From Clostridia bacterium (GTDB taxonomy: Bacteria > Bacillota > Clostridia > Christensenellales > Borkfalkiaceae): a stretch of DNA of 64,000 bases. The stretch spans positions 2,417 to 66,416 of the forward strand of contig JAFQMD010000035.1 in NCBI GenBank assembly GCA_017396365.1, read 5' to 3'. The notes beneath the pieces are model-generated. The model had not been told where the DNA came from, did no database searches, and was given only the letters and a program-made list of their open reading frames with translations. The position numbers and the translations under genes were made by a program. This document shows positions 48,684 to 57,609 of the stretch, in pieces. Position 1 is the stretch's first letter; the number at the start of each line of letters is the position of its first letter.

Positions 48684-49685
48684 ATGCAATCTAACAAACG
48701 TCCTGACGATATGCAAAGGATTACCACGAAAGAACTTGCCGATGCATTTATCGCCGAACAGGTAAAATTAGTAAGAGAACAAGTAGGGGACAAAAAAGTT
48801 CTTCTTGCTCTCTCAGGTGGAGTTGACTCGTCGGTTGTTGCCGCTCTTTTAATAAAGGCAATCGGCAAGCAACTCGTATGCGTGCACGTAAATCACGGTC
48901 TTATGAGAAAGGACGAGTCGGAAAACGTTATCGAAATTTTCCGCAACAAACTCGACGCAAATTTAGTTTACGTTGACGCTACCGACAGATTTTTAAATCT
49001 ACTCGCAGGTGTTTCAGATCCCGAAACCAAGAGAAAGATTATCGGTAAAGAATTTATTAACGTTTTCGCCGACGAGGCGAGAAAACTCGAAGGCGTTGAA
49101 TTTTTAGCGCAAGGAACTATCTATCCCGACATTTTAGAAAGTGTTAAACAAGCCGAAGGTAAAAAGGCGGTTAAGTCGCACCACAACGTTGGCGGACTTC
49201 CTGACGACCTTCAATTTGAACTCGTTGAACCTGTAAAACTTCTTTTCAAAGACGAAGTAAGAGTAGTTGGAGAGGCGCTTGGTCTTCCACACGCTATGGT
49301 TTATCGTCAACCGTTCCCAGGTCCAGGTCTTGGCGTAAGATGTTTAGGCGCAATCACTCGCGATAGACTTCACGCTTTAAGAGAGGCTGACGCAATACTT
49401 CGCGACGAGTTTGACAAATGCGGGCTTGCTGAAAAAGTATGGCAGTATTTCGTAATTCTTCCCGATATTAAGAGCGTTGGCGTAAAAGACGACAGTAGAT
49501 TTGAAGGTTGGCCTGCAATTATTAGAGCGGTCAACACTAAAGACGCTATGAGCGCGACGATAGAAGAAATTCCATATTCTGTTTTAGCAAAGATTACCGC
49601 TCGTATAACTTCTGAAGTTGACGGTATAAACAGAGTATTATACGATATAACTCCAAAGCCAACCGGCACTATCGAATGGGAGTAA
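48684..49685 (+). CDS. guaA: GMP synthase ATP-pyrophosphatase/dimerisation subunit only (no GATase domain)
   Basis: The SGGVDSSV PP-loop sits at about residue 45. The C-terminus is KPTGTIEWE. 333 aa, versus roughly 510-525 for the fused enzyme. Confidence 0.85.
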   Translation: MQSNKRPDDMQRITTKELADAFIAEQVKLVREQVGDKKVLLALSGGVDSSVVAALLIKAIGKQLVCVHVNHGLMRKDESENVIEIFRNKLDANLVYVDATDRFLNLLAGVSDPETKRKIIGKEFINVFADEARKLEGVEFLAQGTIYPDILESVKQAEGKKAVKSHHNVGGLPDDLQFELVEPVKLLFKDEVRVVGEALGLPHAMVYRQPFPGPGLGVRCLGAITRDRLHALREADAILRDEFDKCGLAEKVWQYFVILPDIKSVGVKDDSRFEGWPAIIRAVNTKDAMSATIEEIPYSVLAKITARITSEVDGINRVLYDITPKPTGTIEWE

Positions 49686-49740
49686 TAAAAGAATTAAACG
49701 CTTATAGGCGAAAATTTTTTATAAATAGGAAGGAAATATT

Positions 49741-50292
49741 ATGAAGAAAGTAACGTTGTTAGGCGATTCTATTAGACAAATCGGTTACGGAACTAAAGTT
49801 CCTGAAATGCTCGGCGAAGATTACGAAGTGTTTCAACCTGAAGACAATTGCCGTTTCGTTAAATATACTTTGCGTTTGATATTCGATTTCAAGGCGCAAA
49901 TCGAAGGGAGCGACGTTATTCATTGGAACAATGGGCTTTGGGATATTCCCACCGCGCTTTTTGACGACGAAGAGCCGTTTACGAGTGAAGAAGAATACGT
50001 TGAAAATATGCTTCGCGTTGCAAAAGAACTCAAAAAACTTGGCAAGCGCGTTATCTTTGCGACGACCACGCCCGTGCATTATGAGCATCCGTATAACGAC
50101 AATGAAGTTATCAAGCGTTATAACGATTTAATCGTGCCTAAACTTATTGAAATGGGCGTAGAAATTAACGACTTACACGCGACGGTTGCGCAAGATATTT
50201 ATAAGTATATTTGCGAAGACCAAATTCATTTGTCTAAAGAAGGGATTGCCGTTTGCTCTAAGCAGGTGGTAAAAGCCATTAAAGGAAAGTAA
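49741..50292 (+). CDS. SGNH/GDSL-family hydrolase
   Basis: LLGDSI block I, NNGLWD block, DQIHLS (DxxH) block V. Confidence 0.7.
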   Translation: MKKVTLLGDSIRQIGYGTKVPEMLGEDYEVFQPEDNCRFVKYTLRLIFDFKAQIEGSDVIHWNNGLWDIPTALFDDEEPFTSEEEYVENMLRVAKELKKLGKRVIFATTTPVHYEHPYNDNEVIKRYNDLIVPKLIEMGVEINDLHATVAQDIYKYICEDQIHLSKEGIAVCSKQVVKAIKGK

Positions 50293-50627
50293 TTTAATAC
50301 TTATTTAAGTGAAAATGAGTAGTTTTTGCTTAATTTTGTCATGCGGGGGCTTTTGCTGGCGCAACGAAAGCATTTGTTTAATCTTCCGTATCCGTTTACG
50401 CTACTTTCTTTTCCTTTTGACCAAACGGGAATTTCTATCGTAGAAATTAGTGGAAAAGAAGGATATTTAACACTTCCAACGCTACGTTGTTTAAGAAACG
50501 TCGACCATTTGATAAATAGCGGTATAGAGATAACTTAACCGTTAGAATTTAGTATGGTAAATTTACCAAATAATGCTTTTTGTATGGTAAAAGTATAAAA
50601 ACAAGTAAAAATATATAAAAGCAAAGC

Positions 50628-50655
50628 AAATCGGCAATTTTTCGTTGCCGATTTT
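50628..50655 (+). terminator. Terminator/attenuator-like hairpin directly upstream of the ygjV-like RBS
   Basis: AAATCGGCAA / TTGCCGATTT stem followed by TTTT. It lies 8 nt before AAGGAGA. Confidence 0.5.
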
Positions 50656-50674
50656 GGCGTATAAGGAGAAAGTA

Positions 50675-51226
50675 ATGAAAGAGATAATAGCGCAAATAAT
50701 AGGTATATTTGCAATGTCTTTTAACGTCCTGTCTTACCAACAAAAAAGCCAACGGGGAGTTATTTTATTTCAACTTTTCGGCTCGGCGCTATTTTCAATA
50801 AATTTCTTTATGATAAACGCGCTAATGGGTGGGATTTTAAATTTAGTCGGAATAGCGAGAGCAGTCGTTTTTTTATACAAAGATAAATTAAAAGCAAGAA
50901 ATATCTGTTGGGTAATAGGTTTTATTGCTATTTACTTGGTTTCTTACGGATTGACTTTTACCGTCTTTCAAAAACCCGTTAATGCAACGAATTTATTAGT
51001 AGAATTTTTGCCGATAATAGGTATGGTTGCAACGACGGTTGCATTTAGACACGACGAGTCTAAAATTACGAGAAAACTCGGCTTTATAAGTAGCCCTGCT
51101 TGGCTTATTTATAACGTAGTTAATTTTTCTATAGGCGCAATTTGTTGCGAAACGTTAAGTTTAATATCAATAATCGTCGGAACTTTAAGACTTGATAGCA
51201 ATAAGGAGAAAAGTGATGAAAAATAA
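50675..51226 (+). CDS. YgjV-family inner membrane protein
   Basis: Start moved to MKEIIAQIIG (AAGGAGA RBS). About 6 TM helices in two similar halves. Confidence 0.6.
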   Translation: MKEIIAQIIGIFAMSFNVLSYQQKSQRGVILFQLFGSALFSINFFMINALMGGILNLVGIARAVVFLYKDKLKARNICWVIGFIAIYLVSYGLTFTVFQKPVNATNLLVEFLPIIGMVATTVAFRHDESKITRKLGFISSPAWLIYNVVNFSIGAICCETLSLISIIVGTLRLDSNKEKSDEK

Positions 51227-53222
51227 AGAATTTTTACATTGTCTTAGAATTCAGTTTCCGCCAAACCATTATGAAGACGAGAGAATTGAAGAAGTAGTAG
51301 AATATTGCGTTAAATACGGCTTTAAAAACGTAATGCTGTTTATAAACGCCGAAGAATATTGCGTAGGGCATATGACTAAAGACGAAGCGTTGCCTTGGCT
51401 TAAAACAATGAAAAAGGCAAAGCGGGCGTTGACAGAAAAAGGTATTTCGGTAAGTTTAAATCCTTGGATGGAACTTGGGCATTTAGACCGTTGTCGACCG
51501 TTAAAACAAGGTCAAAATTTTACTACGCAGGTAGATTACGACGGAAACGAGTGCGAGATGGTCGCTTGTCCACTTTGCAAAAACTGGAAAGAATATTTTT
51601 TAGATTTTTATAAATTCATTATAAAAGAAATAGAACCCGACACGGTATGGATAGAAGACGATTTTAGATTGCACAATCACGGCGATTTAAAATACGGCGG
51701 ATGTTTTTGCAAACTTCATATGCAAAAATTTAACGAAAAGTTAAATACTAATTATTCGAGAGAAGAAATTACCGATAGATTATTCCGCAAAACCGCCGAT
51801 TTAAAGGTAAGGCGCGCTTGGCTTGACGTAAACAGAGAATGTATGGTGTCGCTTGCTCAAGACGTAGGAAAAGCCGTAAAAGAATTAGGGTTCGGTACGA
51901 AAGTAGGGCTTATGTCTTCAATGCACCAAAAACACGCCTTAGAAGGTAGAGATTGGCATAAAATACACGAAGGTTTCGCCTGTGACGGAGAAATAATTGA
52001 CAGGTTGCATTTGCCTTGTTATCACGAAATTTCGGGTAAAACCTATTATTACGAATTTAATCGAATTCCTTTTGCTTGTAGGGCGCTTTTACCTACGAAA
52101 ACGGTAATTTATCCAGAACTTGAAAACGGCTCTTTTAGTTCGTTTACAAAAGACGCAAGGTTTTTGCAGTTTCAGTTAGAATCAGCAATTTCCCTTTGCA
52201 TTTTAGGTATGACTTACGATATTTACGATTTCGTCGGTAACGGTATCGTTCACGAATTAAAGTACGGAGAAGCGGTAAAGAAAATAACGCCGTATTTAAA
52301 CGGAGTTACAAAACTCAATTTAAAATATTCCCAATTAGAAGGAATAATTATTCCTATAGATGAAAAAACGGTTTATAAAAGAAATTGTAAGGTTGAAAGT
52401 TTTGACGGTTTATCCCCAGACGAGAGTTGGTTTGGCGCGTATATAGCGTCGGTAGGCTTTGCAACTAAAGTAAGCGATAAAAAAAGATTTTACAATAAAA
52501 TAGTTGCATTAGGTTGCGGTAACGCTTATAATTTTGCCGATAATCAACTTATAGACCTATTTAATAACAATTTTGTTGTCGTAGACGGCGGAGCGTCGAG
52601 AATTTTGATAGATAGGGGCTTGGGCTGGTTAATCGGCGCGAAAGGATATAAAAATTTCGTAGGCGAACACGACGTTCATAGTTACGAACAAATAATAGAC
52701 GGCGAAGAAATTAACGGTAAAAAAGGGTACAGGGCCACAGCTTTTGGAAAAGCGGGAGATTACGTAAAAATTGATTATGAAAATAGCGACGGTGTAAAAT
52801 CTTTCGTTTACGACTATCTCGGCAACGTAATGGGTGTTGGAGATAAACTCGGCAAAAACCATTTCGTTATTCCTTACGTTATAAACGGACTTTATTACGA
52901 ACAGTATAACGCGCTAAGAGTAGAACTTTTAAAATCGGCTATAAAAAATTGTGGAAAAGAGTTTGCAATTACAAATCATTTAGGCGTTTACGCTTACAAG
53001 TATAAGCAAAAAAACAAGACCGTTATTATCGTTGTAAACAGTACTGAAGAAGATTTTGAAAGTATAGCGTTAGAAATAAAGGGTGTTGAATTTAACGAGA
53101 TTTACGCCGTTAGTAAAACAACGGGCAGACGAAAAAAAGTAAAGTTTACAAAACGTGGCGACAAATTAGAAATTGCAGTAAAAAACGAACGATTATCGAC
53201 GCAAACTTTTATTTTAAAATAA
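51216..53222 (+). CDS. Hypothetical 668-aa protein (possibly TIM-barrel hydrolase-like N-domain)
   Basis: Long ORF with an AAGGAGA RBS and an 11-nt overlap with the upstream gene. I recognise no diagnostic motif. Confidence 0.5.
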   Translation: MKNKEFLHCLRIQFPPNHYEDERIEEVVEYCVKYGFKNVMLFINAEEYCVGHMTKDEALPWLKTMKKAKRALTEKGISVSLNPWMELGHLDRCRPLKQGQNFTTQVDYDGNECEMVACPLCKNWKEYFLDFYKFIIKEIEPDTVWIEDDFRLHNHGDLKYGGCFCKLHMQKFNEKLNTNYSREEITDRLFRKTADLKVRRAWLDVNRECMVSLAQDVGKAVKELGFGTKVGLMSSMHQKHALEGRDWHKIHEGFACDGEIIDRLHLPCYHEISGKTYYYEFNRIPFACRALLPTKTVIYPELENGSFSSFTKDARFLQFQLESAISLCILGMTYDIYDFVGNGIVHELKYGEAVKKITPYLNGVTKLNLKYSQLEGIIIPIDEKTVYKRNCKVESFDGLSPDESWFGAYIASVGFATKVSDKKRFYNKIVALGCGNAYNFADNQLIDLFNNNFVVVDGGASRILIDRGLGWLIGAKGYKNFVGEHDVHSYEQIIDGEEINGKKGYRATAFGKAGDYVKIDYENSDGVKSFVYDYLGNVMGVGDKLGKNHFVIPYVINGLYYEQYNALRVELLKSAIKNCGKEFAITNHLGVYAYKYKQKNKTVIIVVNSTEEDFESIALEIKGVEFNEIYAVSKTTGRRKKVKFTKRGDKLEIAVKNERLSTQTFILK

Positions 53223-53232
53223 CGATATTTTG

Positions 53233-53273
53233 CCAAAAACCCCTTGACAAGTTGATTGTCAAGGGGTTTTTGG
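53233..53273. terminator. Bidirectional terminator
   Basis: 18-bp stem CCAAAAACCCCTTGACAA / TTGTCAAGGGGTTTTTGG between convergent genes. Confidence 0.8.
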
Positions 53274-53304
53274 TTGGCTATAGAAAAAACATGCAATAAA
53301 CTAT

Positions 53305-54579
53305 TTAGTTTTGTTTAAATTTCGTAGATTTTGCAACGCTTGGATTAAAGCCTACTTCGGTGTTGTCTTTAGTCCTACAACGCAAAACTTCAATGGGGTT
53401 TTCGCTCGTTTCGTAGCGGTAGTCGTTGCCGTTTTTCTTTATATATTCTTCAATCACTTTATGCGACGGGGCGTCTTTTATAGGGCAGTTTATTTTTGGA
53501 TTATATTCAAAATATCTATGGTCGTTTGGTAGAGTGGAAATATCCTTATAATCTTCTAAATCGCCAGTATATTGAACTGTGTTTGCAATGATGTCTTTGA
53601 CGTAATCAATATTAGAATGCAATGAAAGTGGCTGTGGGAATTCGGGGTCTAAAATAACTTCCGAGTAATCTTTTTTAGAGTATCTCTTGAGTAGGTCCAC
53701 AGCGCCGTGAAGATGAGCAATTTCCATTTCAAAAAATCTTTGCCACATCTTTTTAATTTTTTCGTCCGTTTCGGTCATATAGTTAGACCAGTAAACGTAG
53801 CACTCAGTATATTCGTGCCAAAGGTTACACTCGAGCCAGTCGGGAGAAGTGTCTATCAAAGCGCCGTACTGTGTTACGTGTTCTTCTTCAACTAGGCAAA
53901 TTTCTTCAAAGAGTTTACGCCCCAAATCGTTTATATAAAACGCCGACTGATTCATATAATAGTTCATAGTTTGTTGTTCTGCGGCTGTGATAATCATAGT
54001 GTTTAAAACCGTTTGCGTTGACGCTTTTTTGCCGTTTATATCTCGCTTTACGTTGTCGAACGGGTGGCGATGGTGCGACACGGTAGGTCTTGCAGGGGTG
54101 ATTTCGGTGTAACCGCCAACGAGCCTTTCTGCGTGAACGCCATAGTCCATATCGAGCAGGTTAGAATAGCGGTATAGGTGGTCAAAGTCTTCCAAAAGGG
54201 CAAAATCGAGCGCTTTTTTTACGTAAAAATCGCTTTCCCTTTGAGCCATTTCGGCCGTTAGGTCAACTGCTAACTGTTCGTAAGAAATAGTAGTTTCAAG
54301 CACGGTTTCGTCGGCGGGTTTTAGCATCATTATTTTTTGTTGTTGCTGTTTTTCTAAAAACCTTGTAAGAGCAACTTCTCTTCTTAAATCGGTGTTAGAA
54401 ATATGTCTGTGCATTTGGTGCGAAAACCAGTTTGCCTCCCACTCTGCGCCGGCTGCTAAAATAACTCTCGTTTTAGTGTAGGGGTCAACTTGGTTTTTGT
54501 CGTAGGCTTTTGGATAGATATCTTTAAAACTTTCAAGATAACTTTCCGCAGGGTTTACTTTCTCTTTAAATGGATTCAT
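53305..54579 (-). CDS. Ferritin-like/di-iron four-helix-bundle domain protein (hypothetical)
   Basis: Two ExxH motifs (LVEEEHVTQY and FEMEIAHLH), each preceded by a Glu-containing helix. Confidence 0.5.
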   Translation of the reverse strand: MNPFKEKVNPAESYLESFKDIYPKAYDKNQVDPYTKTRVILAAGAEWEANWFSHQMHRHISNTDLRREVALTRFLEKQQQQKIMMLKPADETVLETTISYEQLAVDLTAEMAQRESDFYVKKALDFALLEDFDHLYRYSNLLDMDYGVHAERLVGGYTEITPARPTVSHHRHPFDNVKRDINGKKASTQTVLNTMIITAAEQQTMNYYMNQSAFYINDLGRKLFEEICLVEEEHVTQYGALIDTSPDWLECNLWHEYTECYVYWSNYMTETDEKIKKMWQRFFEMEIAHLHGAVDLLKRYSKKDYSEVILDPEFPQPLSLHSNIDYVKDIIANTVQYTGDLEDYKDISTLPNDHRYFEYNPKINCPIKDAPSHKVIEEYIKKNGNDYRYETSENPIEVLRCRTKDNTEVGFNPSVAKSTKFKQN

Positions 54580-54650
54580 AAATAATCTCCTTATGCGCCA
54601 TTTTGGCGTTTGAGAGAATTATTGCCATAAAAAAATTTTTTAAACTAAAA

Positions 54651-54690
54651 ATATAAAACCCTGCAATAATCGACTTATTGCAGGGTTTTT
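54651..54690 (-). terminator. Terminator of the CNNM/CorC gene
   Basis: AAAACCCTGCAATAA / TTATTGCAGGGTTTT stem with a T-run on the minus strand. Confidence 0.75.
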
Positions 54691-54698
54691 GATAAGTT

Positions 54699-56009
54699 TT
54701 ATTCTTCTTTTTCTTCGACGTTTTCCATATCTTCGGGGTTTAATATTAAAACCTTAACTTCTAAAACCTTTCTTAAATTGCGTTTTACAACGGTGATTTC
54801 AAGGTTGTTAAAGTTTATGGTAGCGCCGATAGGCGGTATATCGCCGTACTGTTCGATTACCCAACCGGATACGGTGTTTGAGTCAATATCTTCGTCTTCG
54901 TCTTGGTCGAAAAGTTCAAAAAAGTCAACCATTTCGGCGTTGCCGTCAACGAGATAAACGTCCTCGTCAACTTTGGTGAAGTAGTTTACGACTTCGTCGT
55001 GTTCGTCCCAAATTTCGCCTACTAATTCTTCTAAGATGTCTTCAAGAGTAACTATACCGAGCGTTCCGCCGTATTCGTCTAAAACGGTTGCCATATGCAC
55101 TTTTTGTTTTTGAAGAGTGCGGAGTAGTACGGAAATTTTCATATGCTCGGTAGCGATTGCCATCGAAGTGATAAGACCTTTTATGTTTTTCGTGCCGTTT
55201 AGGTAGGCGTTGAAAAAGTCTTTTTCGTGAATCATACCGACAATGGTATCAATGGAGTTTTTATAAACGGGAACTCTTGAAAAACCGTTTTTCAAAAATA
55301 CGTCTTTAATCTCGTCCATAGGCGTGTCGATATCAATTGCAACTACGTTTACTCTCGGAACTAAAATGTCTCCGACTTCAACGTCGTTAAATTCGATTGC
55401 GCCTGAGATAAGTTCGGTTTCGCTTTCGTTAAGCGTACCGTCCTCGCTGGCTTCTTCAACGTAAGTTAAGAGTTCTTCTTCAGTAATAATATCGTTGTCT
55501 TTAAACTTGAATACTGCTTTTAAGAGCAATTTCCAACCCGTAAAAATCATATTTAGCGGGTAGAGCGCTATTATAAAGAAAGAAATGGGATAACTCATAA
55601 AACTCGCTACTTTTTCGGGCGAAGTTTTCGCAAGCATTTTGGGAGTGATTTCGCCAAAGATCAAGACGATTACCGTCGTAACTGCCGTTGACATAATTTC
55701 CGCAAGCGTTGCGTTTGAAGAAATTAAAATTGCAAACATAAGACCTGCTATCGTCGTCATTACGATATTTACAATATTGTTACCGATTAGTATGGTAAAC
55801 AAAAGTCTGTCGTAATTTTCGGTTAAGTCAAGCGCTTTTTTTGCTGATTTTTTGCCGTCTTCGGCAAGGAGTTTTAACCTTGCTTTGTTGACAGAAGTAA
55901 AGGCGGTTTCGGTTGACGAAAAGAACGCCGAGAGTATGACGAGTACGATAAAGACTATAATATAACCTGTTAAAAACGTACTGTCAGGAGGGGGTTGGTC
56001 TGCTTCCAT
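54699..56009 (-). CDS. CNNM/HlyC-CorC family transporter (DUF21-CBS pair-CorC_HlyC)
   Basis: N-terminal TM domain with GEITPK, a CBS pair, and a C-terminal transporter-associated domain. Confidence 0.85.
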   Translation of the reverse strand: MEADQPPPDSTFLTGYIIVFIVLVILSAFFSSTETAFTSVNKARLKLLAEDGKKSAKKALDLTENYDRLLFTILIGNNIVNIVMTTIAGLMFAILISSNATLAEIMSTAVTTVIVLIFGEITPKMLAKTSPEKVASFMSYPISFFIIALYPLNMIFTGWKLLLKAVFKFKDNDIITEEELLTYVEEASEDGTLNESETELISGAIEFNDVEVGDILVPRVNVVAIDIDTPMDEIKDVFLKNGFSRVPVYKNSIDTIVGMIHEKDFFNAYLNGTKNIKGLITSMAIATEHMKISVLLRTLQKQKVHMATVLDEYGGTLGIVTLEDILEELVGEIWDEHDEVVNYFTKVDEDVYLVDGNAEMVDFFELFDQDEDEDIDSNTVSGWVIEQYGDIPPIGATINFNNLEITVVKRNLRKVLEVKVLILNPEDMENVEEKEE

Positions 56010-56217
56010 ATTAGTCTCCTTAAGTAATTTTATTTGCCCTTTGACAAATAATGGTAAATATTATAGCACAAAAAATCGCCATTGTAAACTGTTTTTAAAG
56101 AAATTTGAATTGTTTTAGTGTTAAGATGATGAAAATCAGCCTAAGTATCTTTACAAAATTGACAAACGAAAATTATAGGTTTATAATCTATTTAATAGAA
56201 TTTTTTTGGAGGGGAAT

Positions 56218-57609
56218 ATGCCTTTTTCTAAATATTTAGAGTCAAAAAGAGCCGATTTAAAAAGGCTCGTTGGCTATCTCGGAGAAAAGTTTAGTTACGT
56301 TTCCGTGCTCGGAACGGACGTAAAGGCTACCGTTTATATGGCAAATCGCAACGCGCAGTCGGTTCGCGACGGCTCGGGCGAGTGTGGTTTCGTTGCAAAA
56401 ATGCACGACGGCAACGCTTTTTACGAATATTCTTTTAGCGAGATAGGTAGTTCCGTTAAAGACTTAGCGGATAAAATTTTAAGTCAAGTTAAATTAGCAG
56501 ACGGAGTTAAAACGGTAGATAAAACAACTGTAAACGACGAAAAACTCGTTCAGTCTTTTTTACGAGAAAGCGATTTTGAAAAATATAGCGACGGAGACCT
56601 TTTGACTTTTTGCGTTGAACTTAAAGATAGCATAATGGCAAAAGATAAAAAGGCGGTAAACGCAGCGGTAATGCTTCAGCCTTACACCGTTTCAAAAATC
56701 TTTATTTCTAAAAATAGAGAACTCGACCAACATTACGGTTGGGTAAACGGAATTTGTACGGTAACTTACGCCGACGGAAAAATCGTCCAGCCAAGGGAAG
56801 GACACCACTATTATCTTCTTTCCGAAGTTCTGGAAAATCTACCCAAAAAAGTAGATAAACTCTTGGATAAGGCTCGCCACTTAGCAAAAGCAACGCCTAT
56901 AAAACCCGGCGTGTACGACGTTATTACAGACAGTTCTATAACGGGGCTTATCGCTCACGAAGCGTTTGGGCACGGCGTAGAAATGGATCAGTTTGTAAAA
57001 GAAAGAGCGCTTGCTAAAGAATACGTTGGCAAATACGTAGCGTCGCCTATTACTAATATGCGCGACGGGGCGGGGGCAACTCTTTCGGCTGCGTCATACT
57101 TTTTTGACGACGACGGCGTTTTGGCTCACGACACGCAAATTATCAAAAACGGCGTACTCGTAACGGGTATTTCCGATTTGGTTTCTGCGTCCGTACTCGG
57201 CACAGAGCCAACGGGCAACGGCAGAAGAGAGTCTTACAAGAGAAAGGCTTATTCGCGTATGACAAACACCTTCTTTGAAAGGGGAACGGATAAACTCGAA
57301 GATATGATAAAGTCAATAAAGCACGGCTATATGCTCTTTGAAACCAACAACGGAATGGAAGATCCTAAAAACTGGCAAATTCAATGTACTGCGGAATACG
57401 GTATTGAAATAGTTGACGGCAAACTTACCGAAAATTACGTTTCTCCAGTAGTTATGAGCGGTAGCGTACCCGAACTTTTAAAGTCTATCACTATGATTTC
57501 GGACGATTTTGAAGTTATAGGCGCAGGTAGTTGCGGAAAAGGTTATAAAGAATGGGTTAGAGTGTCCGACGGCGGACCGTGTTTAAAGGTTAAGGTGAAA
57601 CTCGCATGA
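56218..57609 (+). CDS. tldD: TldD-family metallopeptidase
   Basis: HEAFGH motif. I prefer the ATG at 56218 (GGAGGGG RBS) to the TTG at 56206. Confidence 0.8.
   Translation: MPFSKYLESKRADLKRLVGYLGEKFSYVSVLGTDVKATVYMANRNAQSVRDGSGECGFVAKMHDGNAFYEYSFSEIGSSVKDLADKILSQVKLADGVKTVDKTTVNDEKLVQSFLRESDFEKYSDGDLLTFCVELKDSIMAKDKKAVNAAVMLQPYTVSKIFISKNRELDQHYGWVNGICTVTYADGKIVQPREGHHYYLLSEVLENLPKKVDKLLDKARHLAKATPIKPGVYDVITDSSITGLIAHEAFGHGVEMDQFVKERALAKEYVGKYVASPITNMRDGAGATLSAASYFFDDDGVLAHDTQIIKNGVLVTGISDLVSASVLGTEPTGNGRRESYKRKAYSRMTNTFFERGTDKLEDMIKSIKHGYMLFETNNGMEDPKNWQIQCTAEYGIEIVDGKLTENYVSPVVMSGSVPELLKSITMISDDFEVIGAGSCGKGYKEWVRVSDGGPCLKVKVKLA

Noticed and set aside
50326-50752. ORFs 50326-50538 (+) and 50549-50752 (-)
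   Set aside because: They have no RBS, start at non-ATG or poorly placed codons, have odd amino-acid composition, and overlap the leader and terminator region of the ygjV-like gene.
50645-51215. Upstream-extended starts of the ygjV-like ORF (50645) and the 676-aa ORF (51192). The same applies to 56206 for tldD and 58990 for the lipoprotein.
   Set aside because: In each case an internal ATG is preceded by a strong AAGGAG-type RBS. The internal start gives a sensible N-terminus: the first TM helix, a signal peptide, or a family-typical start.
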